This document shows positions 8,625-17,166 of a stretch of DNA of 33,317 nucleotides, piece by piece; the first letter of the stretch is position 1; every line of letters begins with the position of its first letter. The translations under genes were made by a program, and so were the position numbers. The stretch is taken from positions 1-33,317 of the forward strand of contig CAVQRZ010000016.1 of NCBI GenBank assembly GCA_963715335.1, in the 5' to 3' direction. The DNA is from an uncultured delta proteobacterium (lineage in GTDB: Bacteria; Desulfobacterota; Desulfuromonadia; Desulfuromonadales; BM103). A model generated the notes under the pieces. It made no database searches. It saw only the letters and a list, made by a program, of their open reading frames with translations, and was not told the DNA's origin.

Positions 8625-9119
8625 TTATGTTTCTGAGGCTTTTTGGATAACAGCGAGGGAAATCCTCCCATATCCTGAGCCTGTACATGTTGTCATGATC
8701 TTCTTGAGCACGTTGAACGGGATCGTCTTGTCTGCAAGGATAGTCACCTCCTTGCTGGCAATTGCCGTCTGAGTGTTGATGCCGATGATGTTCCGTTCAA
8801 GAAGTTCAAGTCTCTGGGTGATTTCCGGAATGTTTTCACTTTTGCTTGCAACCAGTTCAGCTGTATTTGCCACGGTTTCACCCTGAACCAGGACCGTCTC
8901 GGGGCCGACCATGATGACCACCGTTTCCCGGGGCTTTGATTCGACCACGGAATCCGGCAGCGTAATATGCTTGGGCGTAGACAGGACTTCGTTGGAAGAC
9001 GAGTTGGCCAGCAGAAAAAACACCAGGATTGTGAATACATCCATCAGTGATGTCAGATTCAGCCCTGCGATCTTCTTCCTGCTGCGTTCCATGCGTCTGA
9101 TGCGTCGGCTTTCCTTCAT
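8625..9119 (-). CDS. ExbD/TolR family protein (AglS-like), catalytic Asp present
   Basis: LNLTSLMDVFTILVFFLL TM segment; ILADKTIPFNVLKKIM. ATGA overlap with the upstream exbD. Confidence 0.9.
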   Translation of the reverse strand: MKESRRIRRMERSRKKIAGLNLTSLMDVFTILVFFLLANSSSNEVLSTPKHITLPDSVVESKPRETVVIMVGPETVLVQGETVANTAELVASKSENIPEITQRLELLERNIIGINTQTAIASKEVTILADKTIPFNVLKKIMTTCTGSGYGRISLAVIQKASET

Positions 9120-9613
9120 GGGGCGTCTCCAATGGATATTTTCGGGAAGAGTGCCGTTCTTCTGAGCTCTCCACTGCCCTCTTCAGGGGTTTCGGTTTCG
9201 CGTAGCGTGTCCATGACCCGAATCAGATGGTCATATTGAATATCCGGCTCCATCAGGACTGTTGCGTCGTCCTTTTCCGGGTAATCGCTTTTCAGTCGCA
9301 AAAGGATTTTCGTCAGTTTCTCCAGGTCGTACTCGCCCGCCTGGTTGGGGATTGCGGCGACCACGTTTGAACCGTTCGCGAGTTCCAGGCCGGATTTGCG
9401 CACGATCACCTCGATAGCGAAGTTGGGTTTAATGACCTGACTGCCGCCGGATGCGGTCGGCACGCTTAATTCCAGGATGGTGATCCGCGAGAACACCGCA
9501 GTAATGAGCAGGAAAGGCACGAGCACCACCATCAGGTTCATAAACGAGGTGATATTCAACTCAGGAGTGTCTCTGTGCCGACTTCGTCGCTTGTTCAGAG
9601 ATCGTCTGTTCAT
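9116..9613 (-). CDS. ExbD/TolR family protein (AglQ-like position), Asp-to-Asn in TM
   Basis: ELNITSFMNLMVVLVPFLLITAVF TM segment; EPDIQYDHLIRVMD; LFPKISIG. ATG at 9613. Confidence 0.88.
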   Translation of the reverse strand: MNRRSLNKRRSRHRDTPELNITSFMNLMVVLVPFLLITAVFSRITILELSVPTASGGSQVIKPNFAIEVIVRKSGLELANGSNVVAAIPNQAGEYDLEKLTKILLRLKSDYPEKDDATVLMEPDIQYDHLIRVMDTLRETETPEEGSGELRRTALFPKISIGDAP

Positions 9614-9615
9614 AA

Positions 9616-10266
9616 TCAACTCGCCGGGAATTGTCGTTTAGCAAAGTTTGAAATACTGTTCAGCGCTTTAACCGAGGCCATCTCCAGGCTGTCCACGATC
9701 TGGCCGGTGGTCGATGTCAGCTTTGCATGGACCAGAAGCAGAGGAATGGCAACCATCAGGCCGAAGGCCGTGGTGTTCATCGCGACGGAGATGCTGGCCG
9801 ACAACAGGTCGGCTTTCTCGGCAGGGTTCGCGTTGGAAACAGCCGTAAAAGCTTCGATCAGACCCATGATTGTGCCGAGCAGGCCCAGTAATGTGGCAAT
9901 ATTGGAAAGCAGCGCCAGATACGGGGTGCGTTTTTCAAGTTGCGGAATGATCTCCATCATGCTTTCTTCCATTGCAATTTCAATATCTTCCCGGCGCCGA
10001 ACGGCCCCCTGGCGGGCCAATCCCATGGACAGCATCTGCGATATGGTCGACTTGTCTTCGTCCACCATCGCGCGCGCCTTGTCAAACTCGCCTTCGCTGA
10101 GAACCGGCTGAACCAGATCCCAAATCTTGCGATTTTCATTACGTGTCCGTGTCAATTGAATCCAGCGCTCGACCGCGATAGCAGCACCGACCGCAAACAC
10201 GATCAGAATCGGGTACATGAACATCCCGCCCTTTTGAAAGAAGCCTACGATTGAATAGATACCCAT
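9616..10266 (-). CDS. MotA/TolQ/ExbB proton-channel protein (AglR-like)
   Basis: GGMFMYPI...AVERW, NIATLLGLLGTIMGLIEAF, ISVAMNTTAFGLMVAIP; AGGAG RBS. Confidence 0.93.
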   Translation of the reverse strand: MGIYSIVGFFQKGGMFMYPILIVFAVGAAIAVERWIQLTRTRNENRKIWDLVQPVLSEGEFDKARAMVDEDKSTISQMLSMGLARQGAVRRREDIEIAMEESMMEIIPQLEKRTPYLALLSNIATLLGLLGTIMGLIEAFTAVSNANPAEKADLLSASISVAMNTTAFGLMVAIPLLLVHAKLTSTTGQIVDSLEMASVKALNSISNFAKRQFPAS

Positions 10267-10391
10267 GATTTATCTCCTTGTTTTGGTGTTGATGAAGGTC
10301 CGGAAAACCGGTCTTTATATTTAAACAAACACATCAAGTAATCTTCTTATGTTACTGTAATAATGAGGTTATCAGATCAACTCCTTGCATG

Positions 10392-10712
10392 TTATTGTCG
10401 TGCGTCCGGTTGCGCTGTACTGACTTCGTAGTATTCGAGTTGCCGCATGAACACGTCACGATCAACCGGCACGTCACGTTCATTCAACATCATGTTCATG
10501 CTGGTCCCCTGCCCCAGTTCGGAGCTTTTCCAGGGCACGATATAAAGGGATTTTGGAGCTTCATCATTGCCGACGATAGACATCCCCGAGAGCTCCTTGG
10601 TCTCCTCCCTGCTGGCCGACTTTTGATCGGCAGTTGGCCGGTTCTGCTCAGCCCGCGCCGGGCTGATTGCCACCAGCAAAACCAACAATATGAGAAAATA
10701 TCTGGCAGTCAT
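10392..10712 (-). CDS. Small exported protein, GltF-like by position
   Basis: GGAGG RBS; signal peptide ending ARA; conserved-looking core LSGMSIVGNDEAPKSLYIVPWK. Lies between the TPR lipoprotein gene and motA. Confidence 0.65.
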   Translation of the reverse strand: MTARYFLILLVLLVAISPARAEQNRPTADQKSASREETKELSGMSIVGNDEAPKSLYIVPWKSSELGQGTSMNMMLNERDVPVDRDVFMRQLEYYEVSTAQPDARQ

Positions 10713-10752
10713 CCGTCATCCTCCGACAGCTCGCCTGTCTTGTGCTTGCCCC

Positions 10753-11463
10753 TTAATTGCGGCCCATCCGCAGATTCAGGTCTGCAATCCATAACGCCAC
10801 GGTCTCATCGTCAGGCCTGGCCTTGCTGTAGATCGTGTATTGCTCGACAGCGCACCCGGTATCGCCGAGGTACAATTCGCAGAGAATCCCGAGGTTTCGA
10901 TGCACGGGCCAATATTCGGGGAACAGCAGCAGCGTGGCCTCGTAGACCTCCCGGGCTTGTTCAAACCGACCTGTTTGACGCAGCAACAAACCGTATTCGT
11001 TGTTCACCACGGGATGATCGGGCACCAGTTCCAGCGCTTTTTGCAGCAGTTCCTCGGCCTGCTCGAATTGCTCGGTATGCCGGTAAATCATCGCCAAATT
11101 GATATAGGGAGCGGTTACACCCGGTGATTGATGAACAATCCCTTCCAGAATTGGCATGGCCTCTTTCTCCCTGTTGGCTTGCATCAGGGCCGCTGCCCGT
11201 TTGAATTCGGCATGCCATGTGGTCGGGAAATCAGGGGTTTCTGTGACCACAAAGCCTGTCCTGCCCCCTTCGAGACGGGCGATGGCCTTTTTCTTGTCAG
11301 CAGGCACTTGTTCTGCAACACGCTTCGATTCCGGTGGCTTGACCACAGCACACCCGGCGGCAAGGGAAAGCAACATGATCAATCCGACAAGACCCATCAA
11401 ACGACCTGTCTGCGACCGTAGCGCCGCCCTGTCCCGTTTAAACTGTTTGCAACTGGAGTCCAT
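10753..11463 (-). CDS. TPR lipoprotein (GltE-like)
   Basis: Lipobox LAAGC; TPRs PYINLAMIY...AEELLQKAL, VNNEYGLLL...AREVYEATL, VHRNLGILCELYLG. Confidence 0.85.
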   Translation of the reverse strand: MDSSCKQFKRDRAALRSQTGRLMGLVGLIMLLSLAAGCAVVKPPESKRVAEQVPADKKKAIARLEGGRTGFVVTETPDFPTTWHAEFKRAAALMQANREKEAMPILEGIVHQSPGVTAPYINLAMIYRHTEQFEQAEELLQKALELVPDHPVVNNEYGLLLRQTGRFEQAREVYEATLLLFPEYWPVHRNLGILCELYLGDTGCAVEQYTIYSKARPDDETVALWIADLNLRMGRN

Positions 11464-11477
11464 GATTAGCTCCCAAC

Positions 11478-14400
11478 CTATGGCTTCGCATTGATCTGTT
11501 TTGAGGCGTCACCGTATGCGGATGAGGCCTGGCTTGCTGTTTCCTGACCATCTTCTGCAGGCATCCGCTGATCGGCCGCACCAACAACAGAGGATGCGGT
11601 TTTTTCATCGCCAGGCTCGTCATGCGTTGCCTGGTTTGCGATTTCGAAAATGTACGATTCGAGTGACGTCATGACCGGGCTTTCAACTTCCGGGCGGTCA
11701 TAGCGGGCCGGCATGACTTTGGCCAGCTTTTGCAGGCTCTTTTCAATCCATGAGTTGAAGACCCCCAGAGAGATGAGTTCAAGATTGCTTTCGTGGACGA
11801 CGATGGCTTTTTCTTCAAAGGGGTACGCCTGTTCCTCGATCGCCAGTTCGTACTGTTCCAGTTCAAGCGGAGTCAGGTTGCCGGGTCGCTCTGACTCCAT
11901 CAGGGCCACGCTGAAGTGGGCGTAGACTTCAGCGAGGTAGAAGGTTGATGCCGCGGTGACGTCCGCAACCTCGTAATCCAGCAGCTGGTTGAATTGCTGC
12001 GTGACCTCTTTCATCAGGGCCTGTTTACTGCGCAAACTGGCTTCAAGTGGATTGACGAGTCGAACGGCCGCGAACCGGTCATAGCTACGCTCGGCCAGGA
12101 CCAGTGCGGCGTGTGCTGCGAGGTAACGCGTTCGGGCCGTACGTTTGTCGCCAGCCGCGGCATCGATAACGACGATTTGTTCAAGCTGTTTGAGATAGCC
12201 CTCATGATCGTTGCCGGCTTTAAGCAAGAGACTGATCTTGTTGCGCGTCTCGATGTTCAGTTCGATCGGCTCCGGGAAATAAGCCACGTAACGCTGGTAC
12301 ACCATCAGAGTGAGGGCCCTGTCGCCGGCTTGTTCGTAAAGCTCCGCAGCGGTCAAAAGCGCCTCCCGGCGGATCTCTTCGTCATCCGTTTCCGTCTCGA
12401 TCCGCACGTACTCTTCGGCTGCCTGGGTCAGACGGCCGTCTTCCCGGTAGACATAAGCGATTTTTTTGGTCACCTCAGACTGCAGAACGTGGTCCGGGAA
12501 GTTTTGACGGAAGCCTGTCAGCACGCCAGCAGCTGTGGTCCAGTCCTCGAGCTGGATCAACGCAGTCGCAGCATCGTATTCTGCATTGGGCCTGATTGCA
12601 GAAGTAGGCGCCATGCGGCTGACTCGCAGGAAATGGTCAGCCGCCGCCCGGAAATCATTGCTGGCATTGGCGTCTTCAGCCTGCTGGTAAATTGATGCGG
12701 CGAGATTATCGATCAGTCCGTCACGGCGCTGGTCCGTGCCTGGCAGCATCTCCAGGACAGTCAGATAGGCTGCTTCCGCTTCGGGATAGAGTTCAAGTTC
12801 GTATGACGCGTGACCGGCAACAATCCACGCAGCATGCAGGACGTCACTGTCTGCGCCAGGAAATGACTCGACCAGCTGGGTTGCCCTGAGCACGGCCTGT
12901 TGATAGTCTTCCATGTCATACAGATCATCCACCGCGGCCCCGAGAACCACGGCCGCCTTCGCATGCTCCGGGAAGGTTTCGGCAAAGCGCACCGAACTGC
13001 GAACAATTTCGCGTCTGACCGGGCCTTTGGCGTCAGGCGCCACGGTGCCCAGTGACTCTCGATACGCATAAACCGCAGCATAACCGGCCGTGGCTGACTT
13101 TTCGTGAACCGGGTACTCATAGGCGGTCTGTTCATATTCCAGAGCGGCCTGATCGAACGAGCCGTTTTCCAGCAGCAGGTCTGCCATTTGATAGTTGATC
13201 GCCGGCGAGTCGTCATCCTGCGGGAACGAGGCGAGAAGTTCCCGGTACCAGTGCAGCGCTTCTTTGAAATGGACCGGTTGAGCCTCTTTTAGCTCCTTGT
13301 TCTGGTACAGCGCATGATAGTGGTTGGCCAGGTCTTTCAGGTTGATCTTGAGATCGATCAGGACCTCCGGACGCTCGTTCGGATCGAAATAATCCCAATA
13401 TGCCGCCTCAAGGCCGTAGCTGTTGGCAAAGTTCTTCTTGGATTCCAGGACCAGGCTGGGGAAGCCGCCGATCGTATTGATCTCGACAATCCGCATCTGG
13501 AAGTTCGGTGCCTTAAAGTGCAGCGGGTTGCGCAGGACAAACGCGCTGTAGGTCGCATTCGCGTCGCCATAGCGGCGCTTATCGAAATAGTATTCACCCA
13601 GGTTGCTGTAGACGAGATCTTCGTAGCGACGGGTCCCATGCCTGGAGAAGTATTCGGCGACGATGTCTGCCCCACCGAGGGATGAGAAGCTCAGGCTGAT
13701 GACGCGGAAGGTGTCCTCGATCCGTTTGCGCTCCGACTCGTCATCAGTTTGCTCGAAGTCATAGCCCACGGAGACCTTGTAATCGAGCAACGCAATGAAA
13801 TTGTCCAGGGCATCTTCATACAATTCCTGTTTGTAGAACGTCCACCCCAGCTTGTAGAGGGCAAACGGGTAGAAAGATGAGCTTTCCCCGATCGAGGCGA
13901 TCGCCAGATAAGCCTCTTCTGCATTCAGGTACTGCCGCCGGGTAAAGTAGAATTCCGCCCGTCGGAACTGTACTTCGTCAACATATGGAGATTGCGGATA
14001 GTCCCGGACCAGCTGGTTCATGACCGTCATCGCATCTTCTACCCGGCCCAGCTCTTCGTAGGCACGCGACATCTGGTACAAGACCTGGTCGTTTCGATCG
14101 TAGAGCGGGTATTCGTCGAGCAGTTTCTGATAAAGGGTGATTGCTTCAAGCGGGCCGGCACGTTCGAGATCGAGTGGCCCCCGGATTGTTTTTTCCGTGT
14201 CTCGGCCAGCAGGCTCTATTCCCTGGAGGTCAGACGCGCGCCGGGCGAAATCTGCATCCGACTCGCCCTGCTCTGTCGGCAGGTCCGATCTGCGGGTTGG
14301 ATCGAGATCCGCAACCGGGGCTGTTTCATGAGCTGTGAGGGCGGTCGGCGGGACGCGATCAGCCGGGTCCTTATGCAATGTGAGCAGGCCGTATTCTTTC

Positions 14401-14633
14401 TCCACCTTCAAATCAGCGAGGCGGCGAATCGCTTCTGGCGCCAACGTGGAGTCCGGGGCTTCTGCCAGGAAACTGCGATAGCCTGACATCGCTTTTTCAA
14501 GTCCACCTTCCAGGGGCGCGTCCGTGATCTCGATCTGCCTGTTGCGCAGTTCGGCAAGGGTCCCCTGCCGGTCGATGGTCGAACAGGCGGAGTAAACGAG
14601 CGGTATAATGCACAATAAAAGTCGGAATCTCAT
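11478..14633 (-). CDS. Large TPR lipoprotein, 1051 aa (GltD-like)
   Basis: Lipobox VYSAC; many TPRs (DQVLYQMSRAY, EVQFRRAEFYF, ALYKLGWTFYK). C-terminal EQYELAIEEQAYPFEEKAI...WIEKSLQKL. ATGA overlap with the upstream gene. Confidence 0.85.
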   Translation of the reverse strand: MRFRLLLCIIPLVYSACSTIDRQGTLAELRNRQIEITDAPLEGGLEKAMSGYRSFLAEAPDSTLAPEAIRRLADLKVEKEYGLLTLHKDPADRVPPTALTAHETAPVADLDPTRRSDLPTEQGESDADFARRASDLQGIEPAGRDTEKTIRGPLDLERAGPLEAITLYQKLLDEYPLYDRNDQVLYQMSRAYEELGRVEDAMTVMNQLVRDYPQSPYVDEVQFRRAEFYFTRRQYLNAEEAYLAIASIGESSSFYPFALYKLGWTFYKQELYEDALDNFIALLDYKVSVGYDFEQTDDESERKRIEDTFRVISLSFSSLGGADIVAEYFSRHGTRRYEDLVYSNLGEYYFDKRRYGDANATYSAFVLRNPLHFKAPNFQMRIVEINTIGGFPSLVLESKKNFANSYGLEAAYWDYFDPNERPEVLIDLKINLKDLANHYHALYQNKELKEAQPVHFKEALHWYRELLASFPQDDDSPAINYQMADLLLENGSFDQAALEYEQTAYEYPVHEKSATAGYAAVYAYRESLGTVAPDAKGPVRREIVRSSVRFAETFPEHAKAAVVLGAAVDDLYDMEDYQQAVLRATQLVESFPGADSDVLHAAWIVAGHASYELELYPEAEAAYLTVLEMLPGTDQRRDGLIDNLAASIYQQAEDANASNDFRAAADHFLRVSRMAPTSAIRPNAEYDAATALIQLEDWTTAAGVLTGFRQNFPDHVLQSEVTKKIAYVYREDGRLTQAAEEYVRIETETDDEEIRREALLTAAELYEQAGDRALTLMVYQRYVAYFPEPIELNIETRNKISLLLKAGNDHEGYLKQLEQIVVIDAAAGDKRTARTRYLAAHAALVLAERSYDRFAAVRLVNPLEASLRSKQALMKEVTQQFNQLLDYEVADVTAASTFYLAEVYAHFSVALMESERPGNLTPLELEQYELAIEEQAYPFEEKAIVVHESNLELISLGVFNSWIEKSLQKLAKVMPARYDRPEVESPVMTSLESYIFEIANQATHDEPGDEKTASSVVGAADQRMPAEDGQETASQASSAYGDASKQINAKP

Positions 14634-16561
14634 TGTTCCACTCTTTCCATGCCCTGGTTCCTGGCCGCACGGTCGTAACTGTCTGCAAGGGCAAAACGTG
14701 TCTTGACAATAAACCCGTCCAATCGGTCCCTGCGACTTTCCAGTTCGGTGACGGCCATCACTTCCAGCAAGTGACCCTGCCTTGCCATCAAGGTCCCGAC
14801 TTCTTCCCTGGCAGTCCTGATCAATTGCCGTTGTCGCCGGATCGTATCGTCGTATCCCTGGTAACTCAGAGTGGCGGCCTGGCGCGTGCGCACAAAAGAC
14901 GCGTGCTGGTTTTCCAGTCTCGCCATGTCGGCGTTCAAGGCATGAAGATGATGATAGGCTTCGGTCAGACGCCGATCGTAATCGGCATGGATTTGCCAGG
15001 TCAGGACGCCCCGAAGGCGCTTGATGCGATCTTTGATCATCTGCGGAGCAGCTCTGCCGTCATTGATCAATTGATCCTCGAGCTGATCAAGCTGCACTGC
15101 GATCATCCGTTCCTCGGCGGTGGCCAGATAGTCAGGCCGCGGTGCCGCAAGCATGGCTCTCAGTTTTTTGTCGATGGATTCACGCTGCTCCTGACGCAAT
15201 CGCATTTGCGAGTCGAGTTCCCGGAACGCTTTGTCAATCATTGGCAAAAGGGGTGCGTAATAATCCCGGCGGGTTTCGATCAACTGTTCAAAGGCGTCGA
15301 GATCCCGTTCCCAGGTCACCAGCTTTTTGCGCAGTTGTTCGAGATCGACATAGTTTTTCAGAGACTCCTGGAAGTCATGCGAAGCCATCAATTCGATCAG
15401 GTAATAGGTTTCCGGAGCCTCGGCAAGATTGCGCAGGCGGATCACCCAGCTGGCAACATGCTGCAATTCCGGCCGTACCAGGACCTCAAGGAAACGCCCC
15501 TTGCGGATGCTTTTGATAGAGGCGCTGAGACGATCGACTTCATTGCTGAACGTCTCCAGGGCCTGGCCATACAACAGGGAAGCTTTGCCATAACGTTCCA
15601 GCTTGCCATAAGAGTAAGGCAGCGCCAGCAGGGCTTCCTGCACAGACGCGTCCGTAACCTGTCGTTCGGCCAACAGGGTCCAGGGCACAAGGGATCTGGC
15701 AAACTGTCCCTGTGCCGCATCGGCCCAACCCCAGCCAAGCAGCGCACGGTTGGAGAAGACGCCGTCCAGGCGGACCCGCTCGAGGACCTGTTGTGCCCCT
15801 GCGGGGTCGTTTTCCTCGAGCAGCTTGTAGCCAAGCACGAGATTTGCCTTGTCTTTGATTGCCAGCGTGGCCGGAAGATCGCTCTCGACCCGTCCGGTCA
15901 GGTCGAGATAGAGTCGACCCGCCTGCTGATTACCGTCACGAAGCAGGGCGATGCCCAGGTTGTAGGACGCAAAACCTTCGTATTCTTCGTCATCCACGAG
16001 TTTCTCGAGGATCTGTACGGCATCGGCATTGCGACCGACCGCCATGAAAATCTGCGCCTGGAGAAACGCTATATCCAGTTCGATTGCTTCAGGCAGGTCG
16101 CCCTGGATGCGTTCGATCGCATGCAGCGCATTGACCGGCTGATCCTTCTGCAAGTAGAGACGGGCCAGACGATAAAGAGCCTGGTTTTTCACGGCCTCGG
16201 ACACGTTGCCGTCAATGATCGCTTTCAGGGCGCGGCCGGCGCGATGGTGCATCCGGTAGGCCAACTCGAAATCACCCAGCGCGAACTCAGCCTGGTAAAG
16301 ATGCGTGTACAGGCTGTCGAGTTCCGGTTGGTCGAGTTGATAGACCTGCCCCAGTTCCGTATCCAGTCGTGAGATCGCATCGAACCAGTCATCCTGGAAT
16401 GCCAGGAAGAGGATCTCTCCGTAAAAGAGATCCTGCAATTCCCGGGGTGCGGCTGTACTGATCCGCTCCGCTTTGCCTTGATCCGCCGCAACGTCGGTCG
16501 CCGCGGTTGCGGCGAGGCCTATCAAACCCGCCAGCAGGAATATGAAAAATCGTCTGATCAT
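14630..16561 (-). CDS. Exported TPR/coiled-coil protein (GltC-like)
   Basis: ATG at 16561, 4 nt after the upstream stop, gives signal peptide MIRRFFIFLLAGLIGLAATAA. TPRs (ALYRLARLYL, ASYNLGIALL, ALLGWGWA); coiled-coil C-half ending RFALADSYDRA. Confidence 0.8.
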   Translation of the reverse strand: MIRRFFIFLLAGLIGLAATAATDVAADQGKAERISTAAPRELQDLFYGEILFLAFQDDWFDAISRLDTELGQVYQLDQPELDSLYTHLYQAEFALGDFELAYRMHHRAGRALKAIIDGNVSEAVKNQALYRLARLYLQKDQPVNALHAIERIQGDLPEAIELDIAFLQAQIFMAVGRNADAVQILEKLVDDEEYEGFASYNLGIALLRDGNQQAGRLYLDLTGRVESDLPATLAIKDKANLVLGYKLLEENDPAGAQQVLERVRLDGVFSNRALLGWGWADAAQGQFARSLVPWTLLAERQVTDASVQEALLALPYSYGKLERYGKASLLYGQALETFSNEVDRLSASIKSIRKGRFLEVLVRPELQHVASWVIRLRNLAEAPETYYLIELMASHDFQESLKNYVDLEQLRKKLVTWERDLDAFEQLIETRRDYYAPLLPMIDKAFRELDSQMRLRQEQRESIDKKLRAMLAAPRPDYLATAEERMIAVQLDQLEDQLINDGRAAPQMIKDRIKRLRGVLTWQIHADYDRRLTEAYHHLHALNADMARLENQHASFVRTRQAATLSYQGYDDTIRRQRQLIRTAREEVGTLMARQGHLLEVMAVTELESRRDRLDGFIVKTRFALADSYDRAARNQGMERVEQ

Positions 16562-16565
16562 CAAT

Positions 16566-17153
16566 TCAGAGCTCTTTGAGTTCAATAGCCTGATGAGCCA
16601 GGCCGGGACTGGCAAGATTAATTTCGACAGCCTTCGGTTTGACGGATTTCTCAATCCAGAAACTCTCACTGTGATTGAGATCACTGCCGCCTTTGGACTT
16701 GCCGAGCATGGTCACCTGCACCTCGTGTTTTCCCGAACTGAGGTTGCCGGTATAGATCCGTTGCACCCCGCCCTTTTTAAGGGCTTCCAGCTCCTTGTAG
16801 CTGTACAGATGATAGGCCACGGCTTCGCCATTCATGCGCAGCTCCAGTGCATCCAGCAGAAAGGCGTCGTCCGCTTTGAGCGACACGAAGACGGACACCT
16901 GGGTATTCGAAGGATAAAGGAGTCTTTCTTCCAAATGATTGAGTTCCGCGGCGATTGCCAGAACGTCGCTTTTGATCTCCTGAACCTGTTCGTCAAGGCC
17001 CTTGATCTGTTTCTTCGAGATCTCTTCCGCGCGGGCATTGACGTTCATCATCATCAGCATCGACACCCCGAAAACAACGATCAGCCATTTGCAGATGGCG
17101 GTTATCAGCCGCACCTGCTTCGAATCGTGGTATGGAAACATTGCCTTGATCAT
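16566..17153 (-). CDS. Conserved exported hypothetical protein (coiled coil + beta-sandwich-like) of the Agl/Glt-like cluster
   Basis: AGGAGG RBS precedes ATG 17153. Hydrophobic segment ending ARA, coiled coil LDEQVQEIKSDVLAIAAELNHLEE, then a beta-rich domain. Confidence 0.75.
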   Translation of the reverse strand: MIKAMFPYHDSKQVRLITAICKWLIVVFGVSMLMMMNVNARAEEISKKQIKGLDEQVQEIKSDVLAIAAELNHLEERLLYPSNTQVSVFVSLKADDAFLLDALELRMNGEAVAYHLYSYKELEALKKGGVQRIYTGNLSSGKHEVQVTMLGKSKGGSDLNHSESFWIEKSVKPKAVEINLASPGLAHQAIELKEL

Positions 17154-17166
17154 GCGTTCCTCCTTA

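Noticed and set aside
8614..8688. ORF-track N-terminal extensions (also 16562-16684 and 17154-17210)
   Set aside because: They overlap upstream genes; downstream starts fit better with RBS or signal peptide.
7144..10266. Canonical tol-pal or iron-uptake tonB-exbBD operon
   Set aside because: Two ExbDs, an AgmX/PglI-type C-terminus and TPR partners, with no tolB or TonB-dependent receptor. pal is 23 kb away, beyond the riboswitches.
14633..16372. 579-aa plus-strand ORF
   Set aside because: Antisense shadow of the TPR gene in GC-rich DNA; no motifs.
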